Shown piece after piece: positions 50,708-64,000 of a DNA stretch of 64,000 bases. The notes beneath the pieces are model-generated. The model had not been told where the DNA came from. It saw only the letters and a program-made list of their open reading frames with translations, and did no database searches. How positions within the stretch are numbered: position 1 is the stretch's first letter; each line of letters opens with the position of its first letter. Made by a program: the position numbers and the translations under genes. The stretch is taken from positions 164,674,001 through 164,738,000 of the forward strand of contig NC_058368.1 of the NCBI RefSeq assembly GCF_018350175.1, given 5' to 3'. The DNA comes from Felis catus. Taxonomy: Eukaryota.

Positions 50708-53700
50708 AAGAATTCTTGGCTGCATATTTTTCTGATTCAGCGCATTGAATACATCCTGCCACTCCTTTCTGGCCTGCCAAGTTTCGGTGGCTAAGTCTGC
50801 CGCAAACCTGATCTGTCTTTCCTTGTAGGTTAGGGACTTTTTTCTCCCTTTCTGCTTTCATGATTCTCTCCTTGACTGAGTATATTGTGAATTTGGTTAT
50901 GATATGCCTTGTTGATGGTCGGTTTTTGTTCAATCTAATGGGAGTCCTACCTCTCTAATGGGAGTCCTGGATTTTCATGTCTGTGTCTTTCCCCAGGTTA
51001 GGAAATTTTCCGCCACGATTTGCTCATGTAACCCTTCTACCCCTATTTCTCTGTCTTCCTCTTCTGGGACTTCTGTGCTTCTGGTGTTGTTCCTTTTTAA
51101 TGAGTCACTGATTTCTCTTAAATAGTGCTCTTTTGCCTTAATCTCCCTCTTTTTTTTTTCTGCTTCTGTTATTCTCCATAATTTGTCCTCTATATCACTG
51201 ATTCTCTGTTCTGCCTCATCCATCCTTGCCACCATGGCATCCATTCGTGATTGCAGCTCAGTTATAACATTTTTTAAATTTCATCCTTACTAGTTTTTAC
51301 TTCTTTTATCTCCACAGAAAGGGATTCTAATCTATTTTTGACTCCAGCTAGTATTCTTATTATTGTGATTCCAAATTCTGGTTCAGACATCTTGCTTGTA
51401 TCTGCATAGGTTAAGTCCCTGGCTGTCGTTTCTTCCTGCTATTTCTTTTTGGGTGAATTCCTTCATTTTGTCATTTTGTAGAAGAAAGGAAATTAATGAG
51501 GTAGAAAAATTAACATTGAAATAAAATTAAAATATTAAAATTAAAAAATTAAATACACACACAGAAAAAAATCAAATAAATGATGCTAGATCGTAGGTGT
51601 GTTTTGGTCTGGGTGTTGAGGTAGCTTGATAGATTAGAGAAAAAAGGGGAAAGAAGAAAAAAAAAAGGAAATAGTTTGAAAATTTGAAAAATGAATACAC
51701 TGAAGTAGACTAAAATGAAATGATGTCAGTAAACTAGAATTTGAAAAAATTTACACAAAATTTAAAAATATAGTAGAAAAAATTAATGAAAAATATTTTT
51801 AATAAAAATTAAAAATAAAGATGAATTTTTCCTCTCTTTGTATTCAAGAAAGAACTAAAAGAGAAAAAAGAAACGAAAAAGAGAAAAAAGAAAAAAAAGG
51901 AAATCGTTTGAAAATTTGAAAAAGGAATACACTGAGGTAGACTAAAATAAAATGATGGAAGTAATATAGAATTTGAAAAAAATACACAAAAGTAAAAAAT
52001 ATACTAAACAAATTAATGAAAAATATTTTTAGTAAAAATTAAAAAGTAAAATGAATTTTTTTCTCTTTCTGTATTCAAGAAAAAGAAAAGAAATGAAAAA
52101 GAGAAAAAAATGATAAAAGAAAAAAAAAAGAAAGGTGATTAGATGGACTTGCTAACAGACTGAAATATGACTGAAATTACTTTGTTTTCCCCTAGAAGTG
52201 AGACTATAAAGTGCTTTATAGTCCATAAACTAAGCAGGCGATAAGACTTGTGTTCTTGAAGAGTGAGGTTGGCCCAGTTCGGCAGGGCTTAGTGTAACAG
52301 CTCTGTTCTCCACTAGATGGCACTGCTAGCCTACTGGGGTGGATTGTTGTGGAGCTTGTAGGTGTATATGCATATGCTCGGGAGCAGTGAAAATGGTGTC
52401 ACTCAAGTACCCAGTCTCTAGTATCGGAACTCTGTTCTCCCCCATCAGCAATCACGCACCTGTCCTTTGTCTTCAGCTTTTGTCCACTCCCCTTTTATGC
52501 TGTCTGTGACCAAGCCCCAGGTGGCACCTCTCTCCTGAGTTTTGTCTCAGATGTGGCTGTTTTCCCCAACTCCTTACTTCTGAGAGACTGCAGCTTTGAC
52601 CTGTTCCCCCTCACTGCAGAGGGGCTCATCGAGCAATGGCCACACTCAGGATAGTTTGCATTACTGTGCTGCTGCTGAAGCCCAGAGACTGTGGCCAGGT
52701 GCCAGGCCACCCCAGAAAAAGTTCACAACATAGTATGGCAGCAACATTTCAGGGATTATGGAAAATCACAACACACATCTGGCACCAGGCTTAACCCTTA
52801 ATGACCTTGTTTCAGCACCAGCAAATGTGGCTGTTCTCTGGGGTCTCCTGGGCCCAGGTTGCTTCCCAGCCTCTACCAAATGTCCTTCCAGCAGTGGAAC
52901 CGCTTCTTCCCATAACCTCCCAGACCACACTCTGCTCCTGGGGATTCGCCCTTCCCACCAGAGCTCCACCAGGTATTGAGCTACAGAGTTTCAGACTCTG
53001 CGCTCCCCCTGTTTACAGTCTTAATGGAATTTAAACCCTCTACTTTCTCCTTCCTCCCTTTTTTAGTTCAGTCCCTGCGGCTGTTTCCAATTTTCCACTT
53101 TCTCTCCAGCTGCTTTTGGGGAGGGGTGCTTTTCCTGTATTCTCCCCACCGTCTCTGTCCTTTCTCTGCACGCAAAAAGCACCTCCCTGCTCTCCACAAC
53201 TTCTCTCTCCCCAAGTTCACTTCTGACTTCTTTGGTTCAGGTTGTGCAGATTGTTGTGTTAATCCTCAGATCAGTTTTCTAGGTGTGCAGGATCATTTAG
53301 TGTTGGTCTGACTGTATTTCGTGGACATGAGACACACAAAAACTTCCATGCTATTCTGCCATCTTGGCTCCCTCCTAGGAATTTTTTTTTTTAAACAGTT
53401 ATTCAATAGTAAACTCCAGCCTAGGGAATTAGAGAGAAAAATATTACGTACTACCGATGACACCTAGTTTTTATGCTGAAAAATATAGCTATATATAGGA
53501 TTTGAGTTTTAGCAGTATTGTGGCTACTTAGAAAGGAAACCAATTGGGATAACAGCTATTACAACAACATAGAGAACACAGGACAATAAACAGTTGTAGT
53601 TTTTGTGACTATCGTGATATCATAATGCCTATAAAGGTATCAGTTTTACATGAAATTTTCAAAGTAGGTTTAGTTCACTAAGTAAATTATAGGTGTGTGT

Positions 53701-53829
53701 GGGGAGGTATGTGAATTATTTTTATTCCTTTCTGAAACTAGCTTTACCAAATACTCTACAAGGTAGTAAGGAAAACTGTACTCTATATGTAATTTTTTTG
53801 ATGAATTTGAATCTGTGATCATAGCTCAA

Positions 53830-54016
53830 GCTTTGTTGCCCCAATACAATAGCCACTAGCCAAACATGACTATATAATATAAATTTGCATTAATTAATAT
53901 TAAATTAATTTGTTGCACTACATCACAACTATCTAATAGCCACATATGACTACTGGAGACCAGATTGGAGAGTGCAGTGGAACATTTTCATCATCGCACT
54001 GTTTCCATATTAGATA
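53830..54016. mobile_element. MER3/MER33-like hAT-Charlie element
   Basis: 'ccaatacaatagccactagcca', 'tagccacatatgactac', 'gaacattttcatcatcgca'. Confidence 0.7.
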
Positions 54017-54034
54017 CTATATGTCTAAAGTTTT

Positions 54035-54253
54035 GGGGTGCCTTGGTGGCTTAGTCACTTAAGTGTCTGACTTCAGCCCAGGTCTCCATCTCATGGCTGG
54101 TGGGTTCAAGCACCGCGTCAGACTCTGTGCTGGCAGCTCGGAGCCTGGAGCCTACTTCAGATTCTATGTCTCCCTCTCTCTCTGCCTTTCCCCCACTTGT
54201 GCTTGCTTACTTGCTCTCTCAAAAATAAAGAATAAAAATTTGTTTAATAAATA
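54035..54253 (+). mobile_element. SINEC
   Basis: Head/body/tail. Confidence 0.9.
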
Positions 54254-54389
54254 AATTTTAGATTATATATTTAATGAATTGGGAATGAGCCACTTAACAT
54301 CTGTTAGAAATATAAAAAGCTCATTATCAAGTATAAAAATAAATCTTATGTAGACTGAGGACATCTTTCTTAATGAGTCATGGATGCTT

Positions 54390-54551
54390 GGGGTGCCTGG
54401 ATGGCTCAGTCAGTTAAGCATCAGGTCATGTTCTCGTGGTCTGTGGGCCCAAGCCCTGCATTGGGCTGTATGCTGATAGCTCAGAGCCTGGAGCCTACTT
54501 TGGATTCTATGTCTCCCTCTTTCTGCCCCTCCCCCACTCACACCTCTCTCC
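54390..54551 (+). mobile_element. SINEC, internally deleted and tail-less
   Basis: ggggtgcctggatggctcagtcagttaagc head. Confidence 0.88.
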
Positions 54552-55492
54552 TAACCAGATAAATCCAAAATAAGAAGTAATAAAAAATACTTCATCTACT
54601 TTTTAATGCTCTTATGCTAAACAGTTTTTCTTCTGTTCCCAGAATAATTTTGGTGTTTACCAACTGAAAAAGATTCATGGGGTGATTCCTGGTAGGAAAT
54701 TACCTTGAGCCTCTGCCACAGCTGACCTAACTTCTCTGTTTAGTCACACTTCACTTTATTAGAAATTTTATGGGTTTGCTGTATCTTTCATACATTTTAC
54801 AGACACTCCTACATTTCAGAAACATTTATTGAGCACTTCCTATGTGTCAGACATATATCTGTTTGTGTTTTAAGCAAAGAGATGGTTATACCTTTTATTC
54901 ATCTCATGAGTAGAATCCAAAATGTCACAAGTGTGCCCTCAGATCAGACTTGTAATTATTTATTGTTAATGTTATTTTTTGTAAAAAATGCATTTAATAA
55001 AAAATTGTCATACAAGTTTATCCTCCTGATACCAAACTTCTTGTGTCATTTAGCAAGTTTCCTACTAACCCTTCCATAGGCTTAGTTTGGATTCCTAGAA
55101 GCTGATGCAGTCAACTTGTTGGACTTCACTTGGGTTCTTTTACACTTTCATTCTCTATCTTTTCTTCGGATAACTATGTCAATCTTGTGGGTCATTTATG
55201 CTGATGACTCCCAAATTAATGTCTCTCACTCAGAACTACCTTCCAAATTCCACATCCAAATACTTACTGGGGCACTTCCACTTGAGTATTGTCCAGCAAA
55301 TAGGCCAAGCCAGAACCTGAAGTGTCACTTCTATTCTTCAGTTACTTTTGCATCTCATAGATGAGGTTTGCAAACTACTTTCACTCGTCTTCCTAATTAT
55401 CCTTAAATTCTTTACTTTTACTGCATTCTCATTGTTGAATCCTAGGTTTGGGAAATAATTTCTCATAGGTTTCATTGAAAACTAAAGTCTGA

Positions 55493-55712
55493 AGGTGACT
55501 GGGTGGCTCAGTTGGTTAAGTGTCCAACTTTGGCTCAGGTCATGATCTCACGGTTAGTGAGTTCGAGCCCCGCATCGGGCTCTGTGCTGACAGCTCAGAG
55601 CCTGGAGCCTGCTTCAGATTCTGTGTCTTCCTGTCTCTCTGTTCCCTCCCCTGCTCGTGCTCTATCTTGGTCTCTCAAAAATAAATAAACATTTTAAAAA
55701 TTAAAAAAAAAG
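55493..55712 (+). mobile_element. SINEC
   Basis: TSD gaaaac(t/g)aaagtctg. Confidence 0.93.
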
Positions 55713-56237
55713 AAAACGAAAGTCTGTTTTTTTTAGCTTCCAGTACCAGTGCATTCCAATATAACTCTTCGAATTCTCTTACAAATTTTTTAAATGTAAC
55801 ACATATCATTATTATATCCCTTTGTTTAAAAGTTATTCTTAGTCACTCTCCCATTTTCTATAGAGTGAAATCTATTCTGCTGAATATGACACAAAAGGAT
55901 TCAATGTCATATGACTGTGTATGAATATATTACACTGAGGAGTATATGTCTCACATCATGTGAGGTAATCTCTGACTCACTCTTCAGCATAATTCCACAT
56001 AATGTTAACTGTCATATATTCCAGACTAGATTTCTCATCTATGCCTTTGTACATATTCCTTTTCTCTCTTCTCTTATAGAAACATCACATTCTTCCATCA
56101 TCTTATATTCTTGGCAAACATACGTGAAGCCCCAATCCATGTGTTCCTCTTCTGTTGTCTTCCTGTGACCACATGAAATATCATTTCAGAACCAATGAAG
56201 TATAGTATTTACCATATTCTTTCATGATACTTATAAA

Positions 56238-56443
56238 TCAGGATTTTTCAGTCTCAGTGCTATTGAGGTTTTGGGTCAGGCAGTTCTTTTTGGGGAGCCT
56301 TCCCTGAGCATTTTAAGATGTTTAGCAGCATCCCCAGCCTGTATGAAATGACACCCTACCCTGATCCTGATATCAGAAAATGTCTCCAGACATTTAAATG
56401 TTCTCTGGGAGCCAAAGTAGTTTCCAGTTGAGAACTACCACTC
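56238..56443. mobile_element. MER20 hAT-Charlie element
   Basis: 'gatgtttagcagcatcccc', 'aaaatgtctccagacatt', 'gttgagaac'. Confidence 0.85.
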
Positions 56444-56787
56444 TAAATAAATCTGTATATCTCTATTTCTATCTATCCATATCTATATCATCTAGCTATA
56501 TCTATATCTATGTATCTGTATATCCACATATAGATATATAGATCTTTCTGACTTATGATTATAATGTTCCTTGGCACTTAATACTATGTCTAGCACATTA
56601 AAGGCACAACATAGATACTTGTAGTTTGGATGAATGCAAATAATATCTTAATATATTCTTGAATAAAATTAACAATGGAAATATCAGGATACATATTAGT
56701 TTCCTACTATATTGTTTTAATTATAAAATGAGTAGAATTTATAACTTGGTTCTGTTGTGTTCGGACAGAGTCAAGAAGAAAAGTTTC

Positions 56788-56946
56788 TGGGACACTTAGG
56801 TGGCTTAGTTGGTTGAGCACCTGCCACTTGACTTCATCTCATGTCCTGATTCCAGGGTCGTGGGATTGAGCCCCGCATCCCGCTCTGTGCTGAGTGTGGA
56901 GCCTGCTTGAGATTCTCTCTATCCCTCTGCTCCTCTCCCCCACTCA

Positions 56947-56987
<41 letters not shown>

Positions 56988-57008
56988 AAATAAACTTTAA
57001 AAAAAAAG
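56788..57008 (+). mobile_element. SINEC
   Basis: Head, (CT)n, A tail. Confidence 0.9.
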
Positions 57009-59639
57009 GAAATTTTCTCTGATCATTAACCATTACCTTCCTTGGTTTATATATTAATTCAGCTATGAATTTATTCAGTGGGTAGGTCAGTATCTATAAG
57101 AGTCATATATTTAAGGTTGATGTGGGAGGCTCAGAAATGAACAACAGTCAGGCATATAGCTCAAGATCCAAAGCAGGGTATATATATATATATATATATG
57201 GAGAAATAATTGTAATGTGTAATATTAATTACAATTACAATTACAATTAATATTGTAATATTATAATAATGTAATAAATTCTCTGCTACGTATAGAGTTC
57301 AGATTGGTTTTCAGCACAACCTTCCCTGGTCTCTATAGCATTTTGTTCAGCACTAAACCTTAAAAGTTCAATCCAGCTATCTAATCTTGCATTTTATATA
57401 TTCCAAATTGACATATCCCAGTTGGAATCAAAAAAACAAATATTTTGCCTTTAGTTTCCCACTCTGATAAGAGGATGCTTCCTTGATTGAAGTTGCTTGA
57501 CCTTACCAGTTGCTTGAACTCCTAAGTGATGGTTATAGATGTGTATTATGGTGGAAAAGGGTGAATTTGAGAATGAGGCTGACATAGATTTGGGTAAGAC
57601 AAACCATAAAAATAGGAGTCATTTATAAAGTATGTTAACCGCTTTGTGCAGTGTATAGTACACATGAATAATGTTCCAGAAACTCCTTTAAATAATTAGT
57701 GGATACAGCATGGGTGAGTATATTTCATATATCCAGTTATTTAATGGTCAGGATATGATGAGTTGGGGTGTATGTGTGTAGGGGTGTGTGTGTGTGTGTG
57801 TGTGTGTGTATTTATATATATGCATGCAGACATACAGACATGTTTTATTATATCTATTACACCAAATATTTGATTAATTAAACCCCTTCATTATCTGATA
57901 AGATTAAAACAGAAGGTGTTGTGAGAATGTTGAATTAACATGTATATGTGTGAACAGAAGGGTTGTAAGCTATGTATGTTACATGGATAACTCATTACAA
58001 ACTCGCAAGCCAAAAAAAATACTTTATTAGGAAATATTTTTAAATTTAATCCAAGTGTTTGGTCCAATTTGATAATTATTTTTCTGAGTGGATAATAGCA
58101 GAATGGTTTAAAGGAGTAGAAGTGGATAAATTAGGGCAGAGTTTGAAAAGTGAATAATAAAAAAGTTGGGAACACAGAAAGAAAATAAATGTTACTTCTC
58201 TTCAGAGTAAAACAGAAAAGGCTTCATGGAGCTCATAGTTTTAAAATGGTCTTAAAAGAGAACAATTTAAGGAAGTTATTATAAGTTAAAAAAGGATGTT
58301 TGGAGAGGGAAGAAAAAATTGTGAGAAAAACCGTGGATAGATAGGCAATTATTGAACATATGAAATTAATGCTAATCATTAAGTCATTATTCAGTAAATA
58401 TTTCTCAATTCATGAAATTAAATCCAAATACCAAGCAGAAAGGGAAGATTTTTCATGCTGTGGAAACTGTTAGGAATTTGAGCTGAAGTTACACATTGGT
58501 GGCCTACAAACCAAATATGTTACATATATATATCTTCAAAGTGTTTAGAAATATTAGCCAGTTTTAAATATCAAATCTCTTATAAAAATCCAAAATTCTC
58601 AGTAATCATAATATCTAGACACACTAGTCTTTACCACATTTAAACCCTCCTACAGCATCTTGTAAGCAGTCATCTTGTGTTGTCTTGTAAGCAGTCTGCC
58701 TCTCCTTTCCAAATGGCAGGGCTTTATGACTGTCGGGGGAAGGGCCCTCTATACCTTTGCCCATACTCCACCCTAGAAGCTTCTCACCCCAGGAAAGGGA
58801 GCTAGACCCTGGGACCTGAATACTTACTTAACACTCTTCTTTCTTCCAAGCCTCTCTTTTTTCTACTCTTTCTTCTGAGAAGTATGTTGTAATGGAACAT
58901 CCTCTTGGGGGGAAAAAAATCTCTGCTTTCTTCTAGATTTTCTGCTATTTGTAAATAAGGATGAAAGAATTCTGTCTCAAGAAACATTGTCTCTTCTCTC
59001 AAAATTTCTGTTTTTCAGGAATCCAAAAGTATTTTTTGCTTTGTCCTAGCTTTGCAGCAAACTTCTTTTGTATTAAATATATTTAAGTATCAATAATGCA
59101 TTTACCAAATGCTAGGATGATGAAATTTTAAAAGATGTAAAAATCAGCAAGTGTTATAAAGGGCTTCAGGTTAGGATATAATGACTTAGTCTCAAATTAA
59201 ATCAAATTAAACAATTATATTAGATGTATTTTACTGTTCATTTATTGTAATTATTTCCATTTACAAAATTTTCCTTATATTTTATTCACATTGGCTGTGG
59301 TATATTATGATTTTTCTGTATACCACAGACCACCATCAATAAAGCAAGGACTACATTGCTTTATAAAATGTTCATATGTTAAATGGCAGTAGAGTCAGGA
59401 ATACTAAATATGAGATTACTTTGTCTTTATGCTTTGCATTTTAGATTGCCACAAATATTGCTAAAATCTAATAATAAACAAAGATCATAGATTTTTATGG
59501 GGAAAAGGACTAAAGTTGAAAGAGCAGTGTATTGTTTGGAATAACTAGTATGACATTAGTTGTTGGGAGCTTTCTAGATTATATTTTAATTATTTAATAT
59601 TAGTCAACAATATGGAACGCTCTTCTATTCATGTCCAAA

Positions 59640-60000
59640 TATATTCTTAGAATGTGTGATCAACTCTGTTACATCTGAAAGATATCCTGCTTGAAAGATA
59701 CTGTGATTGATTATAAGTCTGCAGACCAATATCCTCCTGCTTCAAAATTCAAGTGCATTATCGTAGCACAGAGGGTGTTATGGCAGATGTCATCCAACTG
59801 CTTCATAGCTGCATGATCGATGGTGCGAGTGGTGATTGATGCTATTGACATGCCATGACACCTAAAATAGAGTCTGTCTGTGTGCATGTCAGGGGGAGGG
59901 ATATGTCCATATTTGGATGAGACAATGAAGGCTGAATTGTAGGACTTGAAAAGTACTTGGCCACAGAAAATTGGTAAATTGCATAGTGAATGTAACAGCT
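59640..60000. promoter_or_regulatory. Candidate developmental enhancer (PBX-HOX + MEIS motif cluster)
   Basis: TGATTGAT 59704, TGATCGAT 59814, TGATTGAT 59833; TGACA/TGTCA at 59788, 59846, 59856, 59887; repeat-free. Confidence 0.5.
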
Positions 60001-61061
60001 TTTTATGAAAAAGGAAGAATATAGTATCAGCAAGGAAACAGTGCTGTGAGAAAAAAAAAGAAAAGAAAAAAAGGAGGTGGAGGGGAGGTTGTTTCAGTAA
60101 ACAGAAAATGTATGGCTTTCCCTTTCCAACTATATTTATATTTTGCTTAGTTTCATCATTAAGTGTAAGAATGGGGGCAGAAAGTGGTGATGAGTTCTCT
60201 TGTTTAACAGAAATGACATTTTTATCTGTCACACTTCACTAGTGCAGGAATGAGGAAAAGAAAAGGGAGATATTGAAGGATTTAAGGTTAAGAGGTAAAT
60301 TGCATGTGGTATAACTATTTTGAAACAAATCTTACCTAAAATATTATCTGTTTTTCAGCTGAAAAAAGGATAGGTAGAGAAAGAAATATATCAGAAATCT
60401 GTTGATATTAATTTTATATAATTAGTTTAGAAAAGCTTATTTTGAAACTTGCTTTAAGAATAGGAACATATTACTCAGCAAGGAAAGAAAGCCTTGTTAG
60501 AAAAGATGCATTAAACTGTGAATATACATATGAATGTAAATAATTTTATTCCATCAGTCCTCATGAGGAGGGAAAGCTGATACACATTATTGAAAAGAAA
60601 TGGGAGAAGAGGAACATGTTCCCAAGATACATTGTGCAGTGACGGATGCTAAGTGCAAATGAAGTTAGTACTTGGACATTCAGCATTATTAATTATATTG
60701 TTCCCAGTATTTCCTTCCTGGGGAAGCAGCTACTCACTCTTTTCTTATGGTGACATCAAAATTTTCTTCTTTTTGCATTTACTTAAAACTATAATCATAA
60801 GAGTACAGATAATGTACAGAATGTCACGTTGCAAATTAGATAATATGGTTGATTTTTGTGTATAAGAAGCAAGCTCCTGAATTTGTAGAAAGAAAAAAAA
60901 TCACCTAAATCAAATAATAAAATATTTATTTTTTAGTTTATTATTCTGCATACGCAGAGTTTTCTTTATTACATAAACAATATCTTAGATAAATTGAATA
61001 GTTAACTATGTTCCAGGCCCTGTTCTAAACTAAGCATGAGTATATGAATTCCAGACAAGGT

Positions 61062-61065
<4 letters not shown>

Positions 61066-61110
<45 letters not shown>
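61066..61110. repeat. (CA)n microsatellite
   Basis: Direct read. Confidence 0.95.
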
Positions 61111-61112
<2 letters not shown>

Positions 61113-61224
61113 CTAATTTAATACCCATAGTCACCATATGAGTTAGATATAAATGCTGTTATCCCTGATTTACCAATGAGGCAAATGAAGGTAAGAAAGA
61201 ATGTGTTTGAATGGAGATATCTAC

Positions 61225-61577
61225 TGTTAAAAGATAAACAGGCATTTTAAAATTTTCAAGTGTTTCTTTAGGCAAACATGAATTTGAATCAGGCAGCCTT
61301 AAGCCAAAGTGGTGCCCCACCAATAGGAACTAGGGGAGAAGTCTTTTATAGAGAAGATATGGAATCAAAGTGAGGAAATTATTTGATTGGCTATAGCTTC
61401 AGTGGTTGCCATTTTTGGGAAAGCCTAGTTGGCTGTTTGTGATTGGTTGTTCTGAAGTTTTGTTTTCTCAGATTCCAATGCACTGACCCTGGCTTAGGTT
61501 TTGTTTTGTTTACACAGGCTACCAAAGTATTAAAGTCACCCTTAGTCTAATGGCATCTTCATTTAATTATTTTAACA
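61225..61577 (-). mobile_element. ERV1-class solo LTR
   Basis: TGTTAA...TTAACA termini, perfect 4-bp TSD ctac; minus-strand CCAAT (gattgg x2) and TATAAAA. Confidence 0.85.
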
Positions 61578-64000
61578 CTACTTGGGTAGTCTGGCTTCTG
61601 AGGCAACACTCTTAAATGCATGTTCAATGTGGATGGTTTGTAAATATAGAAAAGCCCAAAGAGATTGTTAATACTATTTTAAAGCCCTGTACTCATGCAC
61701 ATTACAAAATCATGTATAATATTTAAAAAAATATCCTGTCTTCTGGATTCTTAATTTGGAGGCTTAGAACCTCTAAAAAGCTGGTTTTATGTGCTTTTCT
61801 CCTTTTTCTTCTTTGGAGAGAGTTTCTAAATCTTTCCTTTAATTCTCAAAGGGACATTTGACCAAAAATACGTAAGAATAATTTATCTAATCCAAACACC
61901 TAATTTTACCTGTGAGAACAATGAGACCTAGATGTGTTGCTAGATATGTGAATGGTCCAGCTATGGCTGACTTTGGCCAGGGTGCAGCCCCTGATGGAAG
62001 AACGAGTCAGTGCTGTCTGGAGAAAAGAAAGTGGACTCTGAAGGAGCAAGACCAATGAGTAGAGCATGTGGGAGAAACAGTCTCTAACTCAGACTTTTCA
62101 TTGACTTCCCAGGTATCTACTGTGCTCTCTCTTCACTCCTCTTACATAATTCTAGCCCTCACTCCAGAAATTTATTTTACTTTTTCGGATATTCAAGATG
62201 TTCAAATTGCATCGGTGAAATATACACTGCCAAAACTTTTTTTTTGCAAAATTCTACCCTAATAGGTTTATATAGTTGCATAGTCATATCCTCTTGTTCA
62301 CTAACAAGGAAAGCAAACCTGTAACATTTTATTTTATTGGAAGAAGGATAGAGATGAGACTTTAATTTTGTAAATAAATTTATAAAATACTAGGATGCTA
62401 ACTTTCTGCATTAATTTTGGGATATGATCTTATAAATTTTTATTTTGAGAAACTAGATTTATTATTGGCTGAACTTAGCCTGACATCCTCAAAAAAGTGA
62501 ATTTTAGTGCAGAATATAGACAGCCTTAATCCAGATAACAATATAATACTTTAGCAGCCAATCCTGACAAGACCATTCAGGATGCAATCTAGTGCTGCTA
62601 GTAACAATATACATCGCTGAAGATAAACCCAGAATAAATAACATGCTTGATGCTTCTAATTTCTTAAAATCAACATAAAAACCTTGCAAGTTATTTCATG
62701 CCAGGTTTGACAGGTGGTGATAATGTTTGAGGAGTCATAGAGTATGCTGCCGTGATAGCAATGAATAGTGCAGCATTTGAGGTGTGCTTGGGTAGAGAGT
62801 GAAACAAACCTCAGGAAGTTAAATTGAAGTGTGTCATAACATACCACTTTGCTGAGATGTCTTTAAACTACCTTGAAATATTTTCTACTTTTCAAAAGTT
62901 TCAGAGATCAGCAATGCAGAAAATGGCATTCAGATGAAAAGATGGATGGTAATTGTACAAAATTAAGAGTTTGAAGAGAACAGAAAACTCTGTATCACAA
63001 AGTTAAGATTTCTTTTTTATCTGTGACTTTATCTGTGCTTTGCGTAAAGTATTCCTACTTCATATGTATAATTTCTACTAATTACAGGTTTTCACGTTGT
63101 TTCTTTGTGCATTATGAACCTTCACCTCTGAATACTCATATCGAAGGTTTTTCATGCTGTTTTTTTTTGGGGGGGGATATCCACATAAAGTCAGATAAGT
63201 GTTATTTCTAGTATTACACTAAACTGTGCAGTGGATAGTATTGTGACAATCAGAATAAAGATATTATGAAATATTTTCTGTATGAGCTACTAAGTGTAGG
63301 AACATACTGTTTGGAATATGCTTCCTAAACTGAGTTTAAAAATTAGACAGAAATGACATTTTCAATTGACTCTCTAAAAAAAAAATCAAAATGACAATCC
63401 GTACCAAACACAAAATAGATTATATAAAAGTTTCATGATCTTATTTTTTAGACCAAGGAAAACTTGTTTTTTAACTGTTATCTTCAGTTTATTTAAGAGC
63501 AAAATTGATAAATGTGTTTATATCCTTGCTCCTAGGAATATTTTAAAGTCAAGGGAGATGTGTTTATCTTCTTTCATGTGGAATGCTATCTGTGACTGTT
63601 GGAAGAATTCCTGTATTTTTATTCCTTCAATTTAATATAACATTAATATATATATTATTGAATTTTTACCAAAGTCAGTACTCATGTTCGTTGCAAAATT
63701 TTCTCAAAGATAGGTAGGCCGTGGCCCAGGGCTAGGGTCCTTATGTAAGTAGACTCCAGTTAAGAAAGGTTTAAATAGAAAAATTTTTTAATGTATACCA
63801 AAATCAGAACATAATAATTCATTCTTTTCTAGATATCTAAACTTCCAAATAAGTTGACTGTGATTTAGCTAAAAGAGACCTTTAGAAAATGTAGAAACAT
63901 CTATAGTAATAGACTAAAGAACCGATGGAAGACCAGAGGAAGAATTTGCTAATTTGGCTTATTATCATTTTCAAAAGAAGAATATACTATATTAATATCA

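Larger units (their letters stand above)
45920..53375 (-). mobile_element. Near-full-length carnivore LINE-1, both ORFs disrupted
   Basis: 5' end GGAGGGAGCCAAGATGGC; ORF1 pieces 50975-51244 and 50706-50933; ORF2 pieces incl. EN 49722-50036, [19 protein letters not shown] 48394-48702, [11 protein letters not shown] 47569-47958, C-terminus 46176-46433; poly(T) at left; TSD ctagga(a)ttttttt. Confidence 0.97.

Noticed and set aside
45920..53375. Potentially active L1
   Set aside because: Multiple stops and frameshifts, two SINE insertions and an A-rich expansion in ORF2
57205..57280. AT-rich quasi-palindrome (aattac repeats)
   Set aside because: Low complexity, expected by chance
59711..60232. 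173-aa minus-strand ORF with an acceptor-like site (ctattttag/G at 59861)
   Set aside because: No recognisable protein; it runs through a poly-T tract and is better explained as a chance frame over a regulatory element. PhyloCSF would settle it.

Overview
AT-rich mammalian non-coding DNA. The tRNA-derived SINEC (Can-SINE) elements include young SINEC_Fc-type copies, which points to a felid genome. I recognise no intact protein-coding gene, rRNA, tRNA gene or CRISPR array; essentially all ORFs in the track are repeat-derived or look random. Contents: about 20 SINECs; three large carnivore LINE-1s (a 5'-only remnant, a 5'-inverted twin-primed copy and a near-full-length disrupted copy); short L1 3' stubs; old MaLR/MLT2/ERV1 solo LTRs; hAT-type MER elements; MIR/L2 relics; and microsatellites. 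The most informative items are (i) a decayed class III (ERVL/ERV-S-like) provirus at about 27.55-32.17 kb (minus strand) with a 5' LTR, tRNA-Ser-like PBS, integrase relic and an env-like reading-frame relic, and (ii) several repeat-free islands rich in PBX-HOX/MEIS (TALE) motifs that look like developmental enhancers. I found no evidence for a genuinely new biological system. Repeat family names come from recalled consensus features, not a database search, and boundaries are approximate.
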